From contig JAVZLQ010000002.1 in assembly GCA_038883655.1 (NCBI GenBank), positions 32,001 through 96,000 on the forward strand: DNA of 64,000 nucleotides, given 5' to 3'. The position numbers were made by a program, and so were the translations under genes. Shown piece after piece: positions 46,673 through 57,164 of this stretch. Source of the stretch: Candidatus Bathyarchaeia archaeon. GTDB taxonomy: Archaea; Thermoproteota; Bathyarchaeia; Bathyarchaeales; Bathycorpusculaceae. Every line of letters starts with the position of its first letter. Positions within the stretch are counted from its first letter, which is position 1. Below the pieces are notes generated by a model, which made no database searches, was not told the origin of the DNA, and worked only from the letters and a program-made list of their open reading frames with translations.

Positions 46673-49600
46673 CTAGGAAATCGCAATGTAAACCTTCTTG
46701 TCGTCGAGTTGGTGTTCATGCCATTCAACTTTAGCTTCTTCACGTCTTTCATGTAAATGGATGCTTTTAGCTCTCACAAGCTCCTCCATTTCCTTCAAGT
46801 ACGGCTCCAACAGCCTAATGCTCTCCTTTTCCAGTTCAGCGATGCGCACAGCGTTCAAGACGTCTGTTGGCATGTAACCAAGCTCCTTTCGCAATGACTG
46901 AACTCTTCGGGCTATGTCTCGCATTAAGCCTTCTCCAAGCAGACTCTCGTCGCGTTTGATGTTTAGCATCACTTGCATCTCGCCTTCGGAGGCTAAAGCC
47001 CACTCTGCTTTTTGTGCTATGTCTTCTGGAACTTTTTGGATGTACCTTATGCTTTTCACATTTGCAAGTTCGGTCAATAATTTTTCAACATTCCTTAGCT
47101 TGTTACATGTCTTTTCTGGAGCAATAATCACAAGCTCTTTCAGGGGCCATCTCCGCTTTAGTTTGACCGATTGCCTAGCCGCGTAAGTAAGCGAAACACA
47201 CTTGAAAAGCGTCTCTATTTCCTCTTCAACATCCTTATTTCGCATCTTCACGTTTGGCTTCGGCCAGTCTTCGAAGTTTACTGATTCTGGCAATGTTTCG
47301 TCAAGTCTTCTGTAGACCTTCTGGTACAGCGCTTCGCTAAGGTATGGTGTTACTGGATTGAAAAGTAGCAGAACAGTTTTCAGCGTGTGCCAGAGCGTGG
47401 CGTATATTGCCATTCTTCTGTTCAGGGTTTCTGGGTCGTCTGTCCAAAGCTCCTTCCTAATCATCGGCACGTAAAGTCTGCTTAGCGTTTCTATCACGAA
47501 GTCTTCAAGCACCGCAAGTGCAAAGTTGAACTCGCACCTCTCAAGCCTACTTGTGCATTGCTCTATTGCCAACTGAAGCTTTGAGAGAAGCCACAAATCT
47601 GGCTTTTCAAGAAGTCCATCGTTTTCCGCCCATTCAAGGGTGTGCACTTTTGGATTAAAACCATCGTACTCAGCGTTTTGCACGAAGAACCTATTCAAAT
47701 GGTAAAGCGTGGACAAGACTTGGTATGGGCGGCGATTCAACTCTTGAACATCAAAGTTTATAAAGTCTATGGGTGAGCACTTACGCAGCATGTAAAACCT
47801 GCAAATGTCTGCTGAATACTTTTCTAGGAGCTTGTTTACCTCTATAATGTTTCCAAGACTTTTGCTCATCTTCCTTCCTTTTGCATCTTGCGCCAAACCC
47901 TGAAATAGGAACGCCTTATATGGAGCTTCAGCCCTTCCAGTAAGTATAACATGCTCCAGCAGAAGCGAGTTCGCCCAGCCCCTTGTTTGATCTATTCCCT
48001 CTGTTAGGAATTCGCACGGCACATACTTTACAAATTCTTCGTCTGTAAACCTTGCATACGGGGATGCGCCGCTGTTATGCCAAGTATCCAAAACATATGG
48101 TTCTCTTTGCATTTTTCCGCCGCATTTCTCGCACTTTATTTTTATGCGGTCAACCCATGGCTTGTGAAGCTCAAAATAGCCGCTTGGTTTTTCTATTGCT
48201 TTTTCCAGTAGCTCCCTCTTACTCACGATAAGCGTTTTTGCTCCACAGTTTTCGCAAACCCATATTGGAAGTGGTGTTCCCCAAACGCGCTCCCTTGATA
48301 TGCACCATGGCTTTCCCTCCTTTAGAAATGATAGGAACCTATTCTTCGGGCTTTCGTAATAGTATTCCACTTTTTCTGCAGCTTCAACAACCTTTGCATT
48401 TATTTTATCTGTTCTTAAGAAGTATTCGCGTCTTGCAAGCCAAACAAGCTTATGATGCGAGCGCCAGCAAGTTGGATACTCGTGCTTTATGGTTTTAGCC
48501 AACACCAGCAAGCCTCTTTTTCGGAGTTCCTCTATAACTATTGCGTCAGCGTCTCTTGCAAAAATGCCTTCAAATACTCCGGCATCCGCTGTAAACTTAA
48601 CTTCATCATCAAAAGGAGCAAATATCGGAACTCCTCTCCTCTGCGCGGCGAAGAAATCTTCTTCGCCGTTTCCAGGCGACAAGTGCACTATACCCGTTGC
48701 AGTGTTTATATCCACAAAATCTTCACAGACAACCCTATGCACAAGCGGATGTTTGCCTTCAAGTTCCACCTGTTTCGGAATCAAATCCTTAAATGGATAA
48801 TCATATTTTACGCCTTCGAGTTCTCTGCCCCAAACAGTCCCCAAAACTTCATAGTTTTCTATGTCCAACTCTTGCATCACTGGTTCTACCCTTCCTTTGG
48901 CTAGTATCCAGTTTTCCGAGCCAACCCTAACTTTGGCATATTCTGCCTCTGGATGAACCGCAAGCATCGTGTCCGTTATAAGCGTGAAGGGCATTGTCGT
49001 CCAAACTAGGAAATAGTCGTTCTGGCTTTCTGCAACCCTAAACTTAAAATGCAATGATGGGTCCTCAACTTCTCTATAAGAGTCTTCGTAGCCAACCTCC
49101 GCACTGCTTAGGCTTGTTTGGCATCCTGGACAATAAGCCACAACGTAATATCCCTCTTCTAGCAAGCCCTGCTCCCAAGCGCGTTTTAGGTATTGCCACT
49201 CACGTTCAATGTACTCGTCCAAGTATGTCCAGTACGCCTTCTCCTGGTCTATGAATATTCCAAGCTTTTTATCCGCCTCAACCCATTCGCGGTGGTAACG
49301 CATAATCGCCTTCTTGCATTCCTCTATGAAGCGTTCTTCGCCAACCCTCTCAAGTAGTTCACGCTTGTTCTTGACGCCCAAAAGCTTTTCAACCTCAAGC
49401 TCAACGGGCAAGCCTTGACAGTCCCATCCAGCCCAAAAGGGCATAAAATAGCCTTGCATAGTCTTCCATCTGAAACGCAAGTCCTTCATTACGCGTCCTC
49501 TTGCATGTCCAACGTGTGGTATGCCGTTAAGCGTCGGTGGTCCTTCAACCCAACCAGAAAAGCCTACATTATTTTTCTCTCTGAAAGCCATTAGCTTCTT

Positions 49601-49708
49601 CTGTATCTGGTTTTTCTCCCAAAATTCACGTATTTCTCTTTCAAGTTCAAGCGGGCGATAATCAGCGGTAAAACTCTCTTCAAAATTAGCTTTGAATTTG
49701 GCGGTCAC
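46673..49708 (-). CDS. ileS: Isoleucine--tRNA ligase
   Basis: EGPPTLNG.PHVGH, GWDCQGLPVE, WTTMPFTL, WCISRERVWG, KMSKS. Confidence 0.96.
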   Translation of the reverse strand: MTAKFKANFEESFTADYRPLELEREIREFWEKNQIQKKLMAFREKNNVGFSGWVEGPPTLNGIPHVGHARGRVMKDLRFRWKTMQGYFMPFWAGWDCQGLPVELEVEKLLGVKNKRELLERVGEERFIEECKKAIMRYHREWVEADKKLGIFIDQEKAYWTYLDEYIEREWQYLKRAWEQGLLEEGYYVVAYCPGCQTSLSSAEVGYEDSYREVEDPSLHFKFRVAESQNDYFLVWTTMPFTLITDTMLAVHPEAEYAKVRVGSENWILAKGRVEPVMQELDIENYEVLGTVWGRELEGVKYDYPFKDLIPKQVELEGKHPLVHRVVCEDFVDINTATGIVHLSPGNGEEDFFAAQRRGVPIFAPFDDEVKFTADAGVFEGIFARDADAIVIEELRKRGLLVLAKTIKHEYPTCWRSHHKLVWLARREYFLRTDKINAKVVEAAEKVEYYYESPKNRFLSFLKEGKPWCISRERVWGTPLPIWVCENCGAKTLIVSKRELLEKAIEKPSGYFELHKPWVDRIKIKCEKCGGKMQREPYVLDTWHNSGASPYARFTDEEFVKYVPCEFLTEGIDQTRGWANSLLLEHVILTGRAEAPYKAFLFQGLAQDAKGRKMSKSLGNIIEVNKLLEKYSADICRFYMLRKCSPIDFINFDVQELNRRPYQVLSTLYHLNRFFVQNAEYDGFNPKVHTLEWAENDGLLEKPDLWLLSKLQLAIEQCTSRLERCEFNFALAVLEDFVIETLSRLYVPMIRKELWTDDPETLNRRMAIYATLWHTLKTVLLLFNPVTPYLSEALYQKVYRRLDETLPESVNFEDWPKPNVKMRNKDVEEEIETLFKCVSLTYAARQSVKLKRRWPLKELVIIAPEKTCNKLRNVEKLLTELANVKSIRYIQKVPEDIAQKAEWALASEGEMQVMLNIKRDESLLGEGLMRDIARRVQSLRKELGYMPTDVLNAVRIAELEKESIRLLEPYLKEMEELVRAKSIHLHERREEAKVEWHEHQLDDKKVYIAIS

Positions 49709-49781
49709 CTTTCATCCCAAAGCACCCGCAAATACACAACAATTGCATCGGCAACATATAACCTTTTTGAATTATGGATTA

Positions 49782-50714
49782 CTATAGTTTTACGGGCTGA
49801 TGTTTATACGCTAAATATAGGCATGCGCATGTAGCTACGGTGGCTCCATCCCCAACGCATGCAGGTATTATGTCCTTAACAGTTGATGCACATCCGCCAG
49901 CCGCGAAGACTCCTTCAATGTTTGTATTTCCAAATTCATCCGCAATTATGCAGCCTTGTCTATGAGTTTTTATACCAACTTTGCGCAGAACGGAAACGAA
50001 GGGCTTGATGCCTCCAACAACCAGAATTATGTTTGTTTTTAACTTTTTCGTTTTTGGCTTGTCGACGTGTTGGAGCACGAGCGTTTTTGATGGTGGTTTG
50101 CCCTTAATCTCCTTTCCAACAAAATCTTCTATTAGGTTGATATTTTTTGCTTGGAGGATTTCCCTCTGTGCATCATTGATATGTATCATGTTTGCATGAT
50201 TAACGAGCTTAACGCTTTTGGCGATTGTTGTTAAACGTAAAGCTTCATTCAAAGCCTCGCTCACATTACCAATAACGACAATATCCTTTCCCTCAAAATA
50301 ATGCGTGCAACACTCTGCACAATAGGCAACACCACCACCAATCCATGTTTCCCATTTCATGCCCAGACCTTTCATTCCATTCCCAGTTGCAAGAATCAAA
50401 GCTTTACATTGATACTTGTCCTTCCTAGTTTCTACAATTTTCTCAGCCTCATTTAGCGAAAGGCTAACGACCTCCTCTAAGGTGTGAATTTCAGCGCCTT
50501 TTCTTTCTGCTTGGTGCGCCATTTTTTCCATGAGCCTTAATCCAGAAATTTTCCCTAGAAAGCCAGGATAATTGTCGATTCCGCGGGCACGAGTTGCTAT
50601 TCCACCTACTTTCTCAGAAGTTTCCAAAACAAGTGTTTGCAATCCAAAATTTGCAGAGTGAATCGCTGCTGATAAGCCTGCTGGTCCACCGCCCACTACA
50701 ATAACGTCATACAT
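49782..50714 (-). CDS. Thioredoxin reductase-like flavoprotein (atypical nucleotide-binding site)
   Basis: GGGPAGLSAA, IDNYPGF, ILATG, GVAYCAECC, TNIEGVFAAG. Confidence 0.85.
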   Translation of the reverse strand: MYDVIVVGGGPAGLSAAIHSANFGLQTLVLETSEKVGGIATRARGIDNYPGFLGKISGLRLMEKMAHQAERKGAEIHTLEEVVSLSLNEAEKIVETRKDKYQCKALILATGNGMKGLGMKWETWIGGGVAYCAECCTHYFEGKDIVVIGNVSEALNEALRLTTIAKSVKLVNHANMIHINDAQREILQAKNINLIEDFVGKEIKGKPPSKTLVLQHVDKPKTKKLKTNIILVVGGIKPFVSVLRKVGIKTHRQGCIIADEFGNTNIEGVFAAGGCASTVKDIIPACVGDGATVATCACLYLAYKHQPVKL

Positions 50715-50761
50715 GTGCCAACCTCAGTTATACTTATGTGTTTTAATGTTTAAAACACTGG

Positions 50762-51532
50762 CTATTTCCTTTTTAGAAGTGCTATGTTAGTATTTGTTGG
50801 TTTTTCGGCTTTTTCAAGTGGTTTATCCAAATGCCAAGTGCTTTCCGTCCCTTCCCACCATCCTAGAAACTCAAATTTTCCATTAAGCTTTACAAGAGCC
50901 TTAAATTCTTGTGGAAAAACGAACTTTAAGTTCTCCTCCCCCTCGAGTTTAAGTTGTCTTCCATGGTCGTCTACCTCCATCACAATCTTTTCTGTGTAAA
51001 TTTGGTTAAGCATGTCTTTCCATCGTGTGGTGTACGTTACTTTGACTTTTATTCCATTCCTCTCCATAGTCCAGCTTTGTTCGGCGTCTTTTGTCCAGTC
51101 AACAGCCATGTTTTGGATTAGGTATAGTCCTCCTCTTTTGAGAGAATACGCCACGGAGTCAAGATGGTTTAGGAGCTCCTCGTTTGATTTGAAGCTGAAT
51201 GAACCCATCATTATTAATGCGAAGTCAACCTTTCTTTTCAATCTGAAATTGCACATGTCCGCTTGAACAGTTTCAATTTTTACTCCTTCTTCCATAGCTT
51301 TCTGCCGTAAATATGCCAGCATCTCCGCGCTTGAGTCAAGTCCAATAGCTTCGTAGCCTCTTCTTGCAATTTCCCTTAGTTGAAGGCTTGGTCCACATGC
51401 CACGTCGAGGAAGCGTTTGACTTTTGTTTTGCTAAATTTCGCGATGATCTCTTCGAAGCTGTCAACTTGCCTTTTTGGGTCGAAGAAGCTAAAGGCAATT
51501 TCATAATAGAGAGGGTGTTTATAGATTTCCAT
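50762..51532 (-). CDS. Class I SAM-dependent methyltransferase
   Basis: FLDVACGP, GLDSSAEML, VQADM, LKRGGLYLI. Confidence 0.9.
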   Translation of the reverse strand: MEIYKHPLYYEIAFSFFDPKRQVDSFEEIIAKFSKTKVKRFLDVACGPSLQLREIARRGYEAIGLDSSAEMLAYLRQKAMEEGVKIETVQADMCNFRLKRKVDFALIMMGSFSFKSNEELLNHLDSVAYSLKRGGLYLIQNMAVDWTKDAEQSWTMERNGIKVKVTYTTRWKDMLNQIYTEKIVMEVDDHGRQLKLEGEENLKFVFPQEFKALVKLNGKFEFLGWWEGTESTWHLDKPLEKAEKPTNTNIALLKRK

Positions 51533-51555
51533 GAAATTCGTTTTATATTTTCTTG

Positions 51556-52071
51556 TTAGTTGTTCTTGAGTTTTGCTGCCTTTAGCCATTCCAAACAAGA
51601 ATACAGTGCAAGCAGAATTACGATTAATTCCACAACTATTGCTGTTGTTCCTAGATAGAACGGATTTCCATAGGTGGCTGGGTACAAAACATAAGGCATA
51701 TCCCTATGCGTGAACATGTCAAAGAATATGTGGGTGAAGCTGCCTATTAAGCTGCAAAGATAAATTGTTGCTACTGGATACTGCGCTTGTTTTGTGTAAA
51801 GCCTCAACTTGTTATATGCGGATTGCAGTTGTGATGTGAATGATCGTTCAGCGGCGTAAACTCCAAGCGTTATTAGTACTGGATAAGCGGTTAGAGCTAA
51901 TGCAAAGCCATGCCAAATCCTATGATTTAATGGCTCCATGATGAGCAAGTAATATGCAGCTTCTAAGTCGATAAATGTTGATGAAACAGCCAATGCAAGA
52001 GGGTCAAATCTCCTTTTATTCCTAAAATACAGAAACATTAGCGACAACGCATGTAGCGGCGTTATTGGCAT
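51556..52071 (-). CDS. DUF4184-like membrane-bound metal-dependent hydrolase
   Basis: MPITPLH, FIDLE, HRIWH, THIFFDMFTH. Confidence 0.72.
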   Translation of the reverse strand: MPITPLHALSLMFLYFRNKRRFDPLALAVSSTFIDLEAAYYLLIMEPLNHRIWHGFALALTAYPVLITLGVYAAERSFTSQLQSAYNKLRLYTKQAQYPVATIYLCSLIGSFTHIFFDMFTHRDMPYVLYPATYGNPFYLGTTAIVVELIVILLALYSCLEWLKAAKLKNN

Positions 52072-52072
52072 T

Positions 52073-52888
52073 TTATTCCAGCGGAACCTTTCTACCGCAA
52101 AAGTCACGCTTCAAAAACCCAAACTCGCTCTTAACGCTTCTGAGCTGATTAGAGTTGAAAACTGGGCCGTCTCTGCAAACGCGGTAACTACCCAGAACAC
52201 AGCTTCCACACAAGCCAATTGCACAGCGCATTAGGCGTTCTAAGCTTGCCTCTAAGGCTATTCCATGTTTTTCGGCTAAATCGAAGACTTTCCGCATCAT
52301 CTGCTCTGGTCCACAAGCGTAAATAAAGTCAAATTTTTCCCTAGCTAATATTTCCTTAAGAGGGTCTGTCGCCAAGCCTTTTATGCCATGGCTTCCGTCT
52401 TCCGTTGTGGTGATTAGGTTTTTGCCGCAAACTTTTCCCAGTTCGCTCATGAAGAGTAGCTCCTCTTTTGTTTTTGCACCCACCGTGAAGACAAGTTTTT
52501 CCGCTTTTTCAACAAGCTTTTTTGCTAGGAAAAGCAGCGGTGCTATGCCGGTTCCACCACCAACCATTAACACCTTACCATAGTTTAATGTGAAGCTGTT
52601 GCCGAATGGTCCGCGGACACCAACTGTTGCGCCAACTTTTAGCATGTGAAGCGCATTTGTGGCTTCTCCAACTCTCTTAACGGCGACGGAAACTTTCTCT
52701 TCTTCAACATCTAGTATGCTCAAAGGAATTTCATCAACGCTTGGAATCCACAGCATCAGAAACTGTCCAGGCATGGCTCTCGCGCAAAGCCTATCCTTAA
52801 AAGTGAACTTCTTAACCGTTAAGCCTACATCCTCAATTTCTATTATTTGCGTAGCTCTATGCTTGTTAGCGGCGATGCGATAAGCCAA
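52073..52888 (-). CDS. pyrK: Dihydroorotate dehydrogenase electron transfer subunit
   Basis: PGQFLMLW, RGPFGN, GGGTGIAPL, ACGPE, MRCAIGLCGSC..RVCRDGPVF. Confidence 0.95.
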   Translation of the reverse strand: MAYRIAANKHRATQIIEIEDVGLTVKKFTFKDRLCARAMPGQFLMLWIPSVDEIPLSILDVEEEKVSVAVKRVGEATNALHMLKVGATVGVRGPFGNSFTLNYGKVLMVGGGTGIAPLLFLAKKLVEKAEKLVFTVGAKTKEELLFMSELGKVCGKNLITTTEDGSHGIKGLATDPLKEILAREKFDFIYACGPEQMMRKVFDLAEKHGIALEASLERLMRCAIGLCGSCVLGSYRVCRDGPVFNSNQLRSVKSEFGFLKRDFCGRKVPLE

Positions 52889-53783
52889 CAATCTCCTCAA
52901 CGCTCCTAAAATTCTTCCTTTTCAGGTAGGCTCTTATTCCCCGAACAATGGTGCCAAAAACATCAGCATCTTTCGTTGTTATAGCCGTGCCTATTTGTAC
53001 GGCCGATGCCCCAGCCAGCAAGAATTCCACAGCGTCACGCCAACTTGCTACGCCACCACAACCAATTATCGGCACTTTAACGTTTTCGTAAAGTTCATAG
53101 ATGCATCGCAGGGCTATCGGCTTTATGGCTGGTCCAGATAATCCGCCGAACTTGTTGCTTAAAATCGGCATGGCTGTTTCCACGTCTATTGCCATAGCTC
53201 TAACCGTATTTATTGCCGTTAACCCGTCAACGCCAGCTTTAACGGCAGCATCAGCAATTTCAACGATATTCGTGACGTTTGGTGAAAGCTTAACAAACAC
53301 GGGGTTTTCAACGGCTTTTTTTACTTCATCCACGACTTCTGCAAGAACTTTTGCGTTCTGCCCAATCTCTGCGCCTGTCTCCTTAACATGCGGACAGGAA
53401 ACGTTTAGCTCAACAGCATCAGCCCCGGCTTCAACAGCCTTTTTCGCCACTTCTGCGTATTCTTCTGCTGTAAAACCGTAAACACTGACAATTAATGGAA
53501 CTTTTAATACGCGTTTTGCTTGACGGATTTCTACTGCAAATTCTTCTATGCCAGGGTTTGGAAGACCCATGGCGTTGATTAAGCCGCAGCTGGCTTGGAC
53601 TATTGTTGGATTTGGGTAGCCAGTTCTCGGTTTTAAGCCAACAGACTTTGTTACAATGGCTCCGGCGCCTCCAGCGGCAACTGTTTCAAAGGTTTCAGCT
53701 GAGTAGCCTAGAACTCCAGAAGCCAACATTGTCGGATTGGCAATTTTTAAGCCGCCCAAATTTATGTTTAGGTTTATTTTCAA
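52866..53783 (-). CDS. pyrD: Dihydroorotate dehydrogenase (family 1B) catalytic subunit
   Basis: NAMGLPNPG, ELNVSCPH, KLSPN, GGLSGPAIKP, VQIGT. Confidence 0.96.
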   Translation of the reverse strand: MKINLNINLGGLKIANPTMLASGVLGYSAETFETVAAGGAGAIVTKSVGLKPRTGYPNPTIVQASCGLINAMGLPNPGIEEFAVEIRQAKRVLKVPLIVSVYGFTAEEYAEVAKKAVEAGADAVELNVSCPHVKETGAEIGQNAKVLAEVVDEVKKAVENPVFVKLSPNVTNIVEIADAAVKAGVDGLTAINTVRAMAIDVETAMPILSNKFGGLSGPAIKPIALRCIYELYENVKVPIIGCGGVASWRDAVEFLLAGASAVQIGTAITTKDADVFGTIVRGIRAYLKRKNFRSVEEIVGLSHRR

Positions 53784-53899
53784 GTGTTTTCACCGTAAGC
53801 TTCATTGCAAACTTTTGGAGCTAAACTGTAATTTTAGCCGCCTAAACCTATTTAAAAGGTTAGGAAACAGACGCTGCGACAGTTAGTATTTTCCATCTT

Positions 53900-54118
53900 T
53901 CACTTTTTCTTTTTAGGCGTTGTTTCTGGTTGCGGCTCCTCAGCGCCAAGAAGTATACGCAGCGACTTAACTTCCTCTCGGAGCATACTAATTTCGCTTT
54001 CTAGAGCTTTTGCTTTCGCGTCAGCCATCTTCTTTAGCTCTTCAATTTCTAAAAGGAGGTTTTTCCTCTCGCTTTCCAGATTTCTTATTTTTTCTATAAT
54101 CGGCTTTATGCCACTCAT
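53900..54118 (-). CDS. Small coiled-coil protein
   Basis: 72 aa heptad-rich ORF occupying the pyrD-nop5 gap. Confidence 0.7.
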   Translation of the reverse strand: MSGIKPIIEKIRNLESERKNLLLEIEELKKMADAKAKALESEISMLREEVKSLRILLGAEEPQPETTPKKKK

Positions 54119-54263
54119 AAGGAAGCTCTCGCAAATAAGATATTATCCATTTTAGACACTTAAGATTTTTGCAGCGAAACACCTTCGTAAGCGTCTCCAA
54201 TAACTATTTATTGAAACAATAAGATGAATATGTGAGGGTTTAAGTTTCAGTTGTGGGAGGAAA

Positions 54264-55493
54264 ATGGTGAAGGCAATCATTATTGGATGTCCGTTTGGTT
54301 TTTTGGCTTTCAACGAAGAGGATAGGCTTGTAGACAAGATTTTGTTCTCAAAAAACCCGCAGAGCGCAGCCCAAACACTCGTTAAGATTGAGTCTGGAAA
54401 AGTTGTTGAAGAGTTTGTAGAACTTATTAATAGACTTAAGAGCAGCGGTTTCGACGTTTTTGTTTTTGAAAATTCTGTTCTCGCTGAAGAAGCAAAAAGG
54501 CGTTTTAAAGTTACGGCGGAATTTCTAAAGGTTTCAAAGGCCGGTGAAATGGTCCGTTCACGCATGGAGAATTTTGCTGTTGAAACAGGCTTTGCTAGAG
54601 ATGCTGAGGCATTTAGGGTTTGGATGCATGATTTAGCGATGGAAGTTGCCAAATTAAGAGTTAAGGGCGCTGTTGAAAAAAGAGACTTGCTGATAGTTCA
54701 GGCAATACAGACGCTTGACGACCTTGACAGGGCGATAAACCTTTTCATGGGAAGGCTCAGAGAGTGGTATGGCATACACTTTCCAGAGCTAGACCGTTTA
54801 GTGGAGAAGCACGAAACCTACGCGCGTCTTGTCTTAAAACTTGGAAGTAGAGAAAACTTTACAATTGAAAACCTTGAAGTGGAGGGCATTCCGAAGGCAA
54901 AGGCAGAGCAAATATCAAAGACTGCTGAAAACTCCATGGGCGCAGCGCTTTCGGAGGGGGACATGATGCAAATCCAAGCCTTATGCAAAAATGTGATTTC
55001 CATGCACCAGCTTAGACAAGAACTTGAAGATTATTTAGACAAAACCATGGATGAGGTTGCGCCGAACGTTAAGGCTTTGACGGGCTCATTGCTCGGAGCG
55101 CGCCTAATCGCTTTGGCTGGAGGCTTAACAAATCTTGCTAGAATACCCGCAAGCACAATACAAGTTATAGGCGCGGAAAAGGCGCTTTTCCGTTCATTGA
55201 AAACTGGGACCAGACCGCCAAAGCATGGAATAATTTTCCAGCACGCCTATTTGCATGAAGCTAAGAAGTGGCATAGAGGGAAAATTGCAAGGGCGCTAGC
55301 CGGCAAGTTGGCAATCGCTGCAAGGGCTGACGCTTTTGGTGGACGGTACATAGGCGAGGAGTTGAAAGTTGATTTGGAAAAGCGCATTGAAGAGATTCGT
55401 GAAAAATATGGTGAGCCCCCACCAGCCAAAGAAAAGAAGCCTAAACATGAAAAGAAAGAGAGGAGAAAGGGGAAACGTGGAAATAAGAGTTAA
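54264..55493 (+). CDS. nop5: C/D box RNP protein Nop5 (Nop56/58)
   Basis: REWYGIHFPEL, PASTIQVIGAEKALF, PKHGIIF, RGKIARALAGK. Confidence 0.96.
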   Translation: MVKAIIIGCPFGFLAFNEEDRLVDKILFSKNPQSAAQTLVKIESGKVVEEFVELINRLKSSGFDVFVFENSVLAEEAKRRFKVTAEFLKVSKAGEMVRSRMENFAVETGFARDAEAFRVWMHDLAMEVAKLRVKGAVEKRDLLIVQAIQTLDDLDRAINLFMGRLREWYGIHFPELDRLVEKHETYARLVLKLGSRENFTIENLEVEGIPKAKAEQISKTAENSMGAALSEGDMMQIQALCKNVISMHQLRQELEDYLDKTMDEVAPNVKALTGSLLGARLIALAGGLTNLARIPASTIQVIGAEKALFRSLKTGTRPPKHGIIFQHAYLHEAKKWHRGKIARALAGKLAIAARADAFGGRYIGEELKVDLEKRIEEIREKYGEPPPAKEKKPKHEKKERRKGKRGNKS

Positions 55494-56172
55494 GTCGCAC
55501 CCGCAGTTTCCAGCAATATACCAAGTAACGCTGGAGGATGGAAGCCAAAGGCTTGCAACTAGAAACCTTACTCCTGGAAGAAACGTCTATGGTGAGAGGT
55601 TAATTCGCTATGAGGGTGTTGAGTATCGCCTTTGGGACGCATTTAGAAGCAAACTTGCAGCGGCGATACTGAAAAATTTAAAAACCGTTCCAATAAAGCC
55701 AGAACATAAGGTGCTTTATTTGGGCGCGGCTTCTGGAACAACGGCGAGCCACGTTTCAGATATTGTTGGAGAAAAGGGCTATGTATATTGCATTGAGTTT
55801 GCAGCCCGAGCCTTAAGGGAGCTTGTAAACAATGTTTGCGCTTACAGGGTTAACATGTTGCCAATACTTGAGGATGCCCGTTTTCCAGAAAAATACGCGA
55901 TTTTCGTAAGCGGAAAGGTTGATGATATCTACTGTGACATTGCTCAGCCGGAACAAGCAAAGATCTTAGCAGACAACGCCGACATCTTCCTAAAAAAGTC
56001 TGGTTGGGTAATGCTCGCAGTTAAAGCCCAAAGCATAGACGTAACAAAAGAGCCGGAGGAAGTCTATAAGGGCGAAGTAAAAGTTCTTGAAAGCCGTGGC
56101 TTTCGAATAGAAGAGATCGTCCACCTAGAGCCTTATGATAAGGCTCACGCCATGATAGTTGCTCAGTTTTAA
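55477..56172 (+). CDS. flpA: Fibrillarin-like rRNA/tRNA 2'-O-methyltransferase
   Basis: VYGER, FRSKLAAA, LYLGAASGTTASHVSD, DIAQPEQ, LEPYDKAH. Confidence 0.97.
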   Translation: MEIRVKSHPQFPAIYQVTLEDGSQRLATRNLTPGRNVYGERLIRYEGVEYRLWDAFRSKLAAAILKNLKTVPIKPEHKVLYLGAASGTTASHVSDIVGEKGYVYCIEFAARALRELVNNVCAYRVNMLPILEDARFPEKYAIFVSGKVDDIYCDIAQPEQAKILADNADIFLKKSGWVMLAVKAQSIDVTKEPEEVYKGEVKVLESRGFRIEEIVHLEPYDKAHAMIVAQF

Positions 56173-56174
56173 GT

Positions 56175-57164
56175 ATGATTTATATCAGACAACGTGATGA
56201 TATCTTTTGTGACATCGCGATGATTAACGAGGAAAGGGAGAAAGCGAAACTACCAGAAAACGCATTGAGAGAAGCTGGCTTTGCTGTTTCAGAAAAATGT
56301 TGCATACGCCCAAGCTGTTTTGATTTTGTGGCAAGGAAAAGGGAAGTCCTAGTCTTTGTCAAGGTTCATCGCGATATTGACTCGCTATCCCAAAACGACT
56401 TTTTTGAGCTTGAAAAAATTTCAAACTGTGTCAGAGCAACACCGATTTTGGTAAGCGAAAGTATGCGTGAAAGACCACTTGAGGACGACACTGTTTATTC
56501 ACGCTACAACATTGTGGCTGTAACCCCAAAGACATTCGAAAATTTTGTTGTTAACAAAGTTAGCCCATTAATCCAGGCTGGGCCTGGCGGATATTATGTG
56601 GAGATAGACTGCGAGGCGATAAGGCGCAGAAGACAAGAGTTGGGCTTGTCTGTTGGCGAAATGGCTGAGATAGTTGGCTTGTCCCGAAGAACCCTTTACG
56701 GCTATGAACGCGGAATGGCTAAGGCATCTGTAACAGCGGCATATAACCTCATGTGCGCTTTGGGAATTCCAATAGCCAAGCCAGTAAACATATTTGAAAA
56801 GCCCAGGAATCAGCGTAAATGCTTCTTAACGACGGCCAAGCGTATAATTGCAAAAAACAAGGTTGTGAGAAGGTTTTTGAAGAAGTTTTCAAGGTGCAAT
56901 ATAACAGCTGTCAGAAAGGCGCCGTTCGACTTTGTCATAAATGTTCCAGAAGAAAATACGCACATAATAGGCGGAGTTGCAAGCAGTAAAGAACAAAAAC
57001 TTGAGAGGAGAGTTGACGAAATAATAAGTGTAAGCAAAGTTGTGAGAGCCTACCCAATCCTTGTCACAGACAAGCAGAAGCTAGTGAACAAGGACATACC
57101 ATGCGTCAGCAGCGAAGAAATCTCGAAGATCAGAAAGCCCGAAGACCTAATCAACAAATTTTAA
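56175..57164 (+). CDS. Conserved archaeal XRE/HTH_3 transcriptional regulator
   Basis: PSCFDFVAR, LEDDTVYSRY, GPGGYYVEID, RQELGLSVGEMAEIVGLSRRTLYGYERG, KAPFD. Confidence 0.85.
   Translation: MIYIRQRDDIFCDIAMINEEREKAKLPENALREAGFAVSEKCCIRPSCFDFVARKREVLVFVKVHRDIDSLSQNDFFELEKISNCVRATPILVSESMRERPLEDDTVYSRYNIVAVTPKTFENFVVNKVSPLIQAGPGGYYVEIDCEAIRRRRQELGLSVGEMAEIVGLSRRTLYGYERGMAKASVTAAYNLMCALGIPIAKPVNIFEKPRNQRKCFLTTAKRIIAKNKVVRRFLKKFSRCNITAVRKAPFDFVINVPEENTHIIGGVASSKEQKLERRVDEIISVSKVVRAYPILVTDKQKLVNKDIPCVSSEEISKIRKPEDLINKF

Noticed and set aside
46400-46752. Small ORFs around tRNA-Ala
   Set aside because: They overlap the tRNA, its promoter or the ileS end, with no protein-like features.
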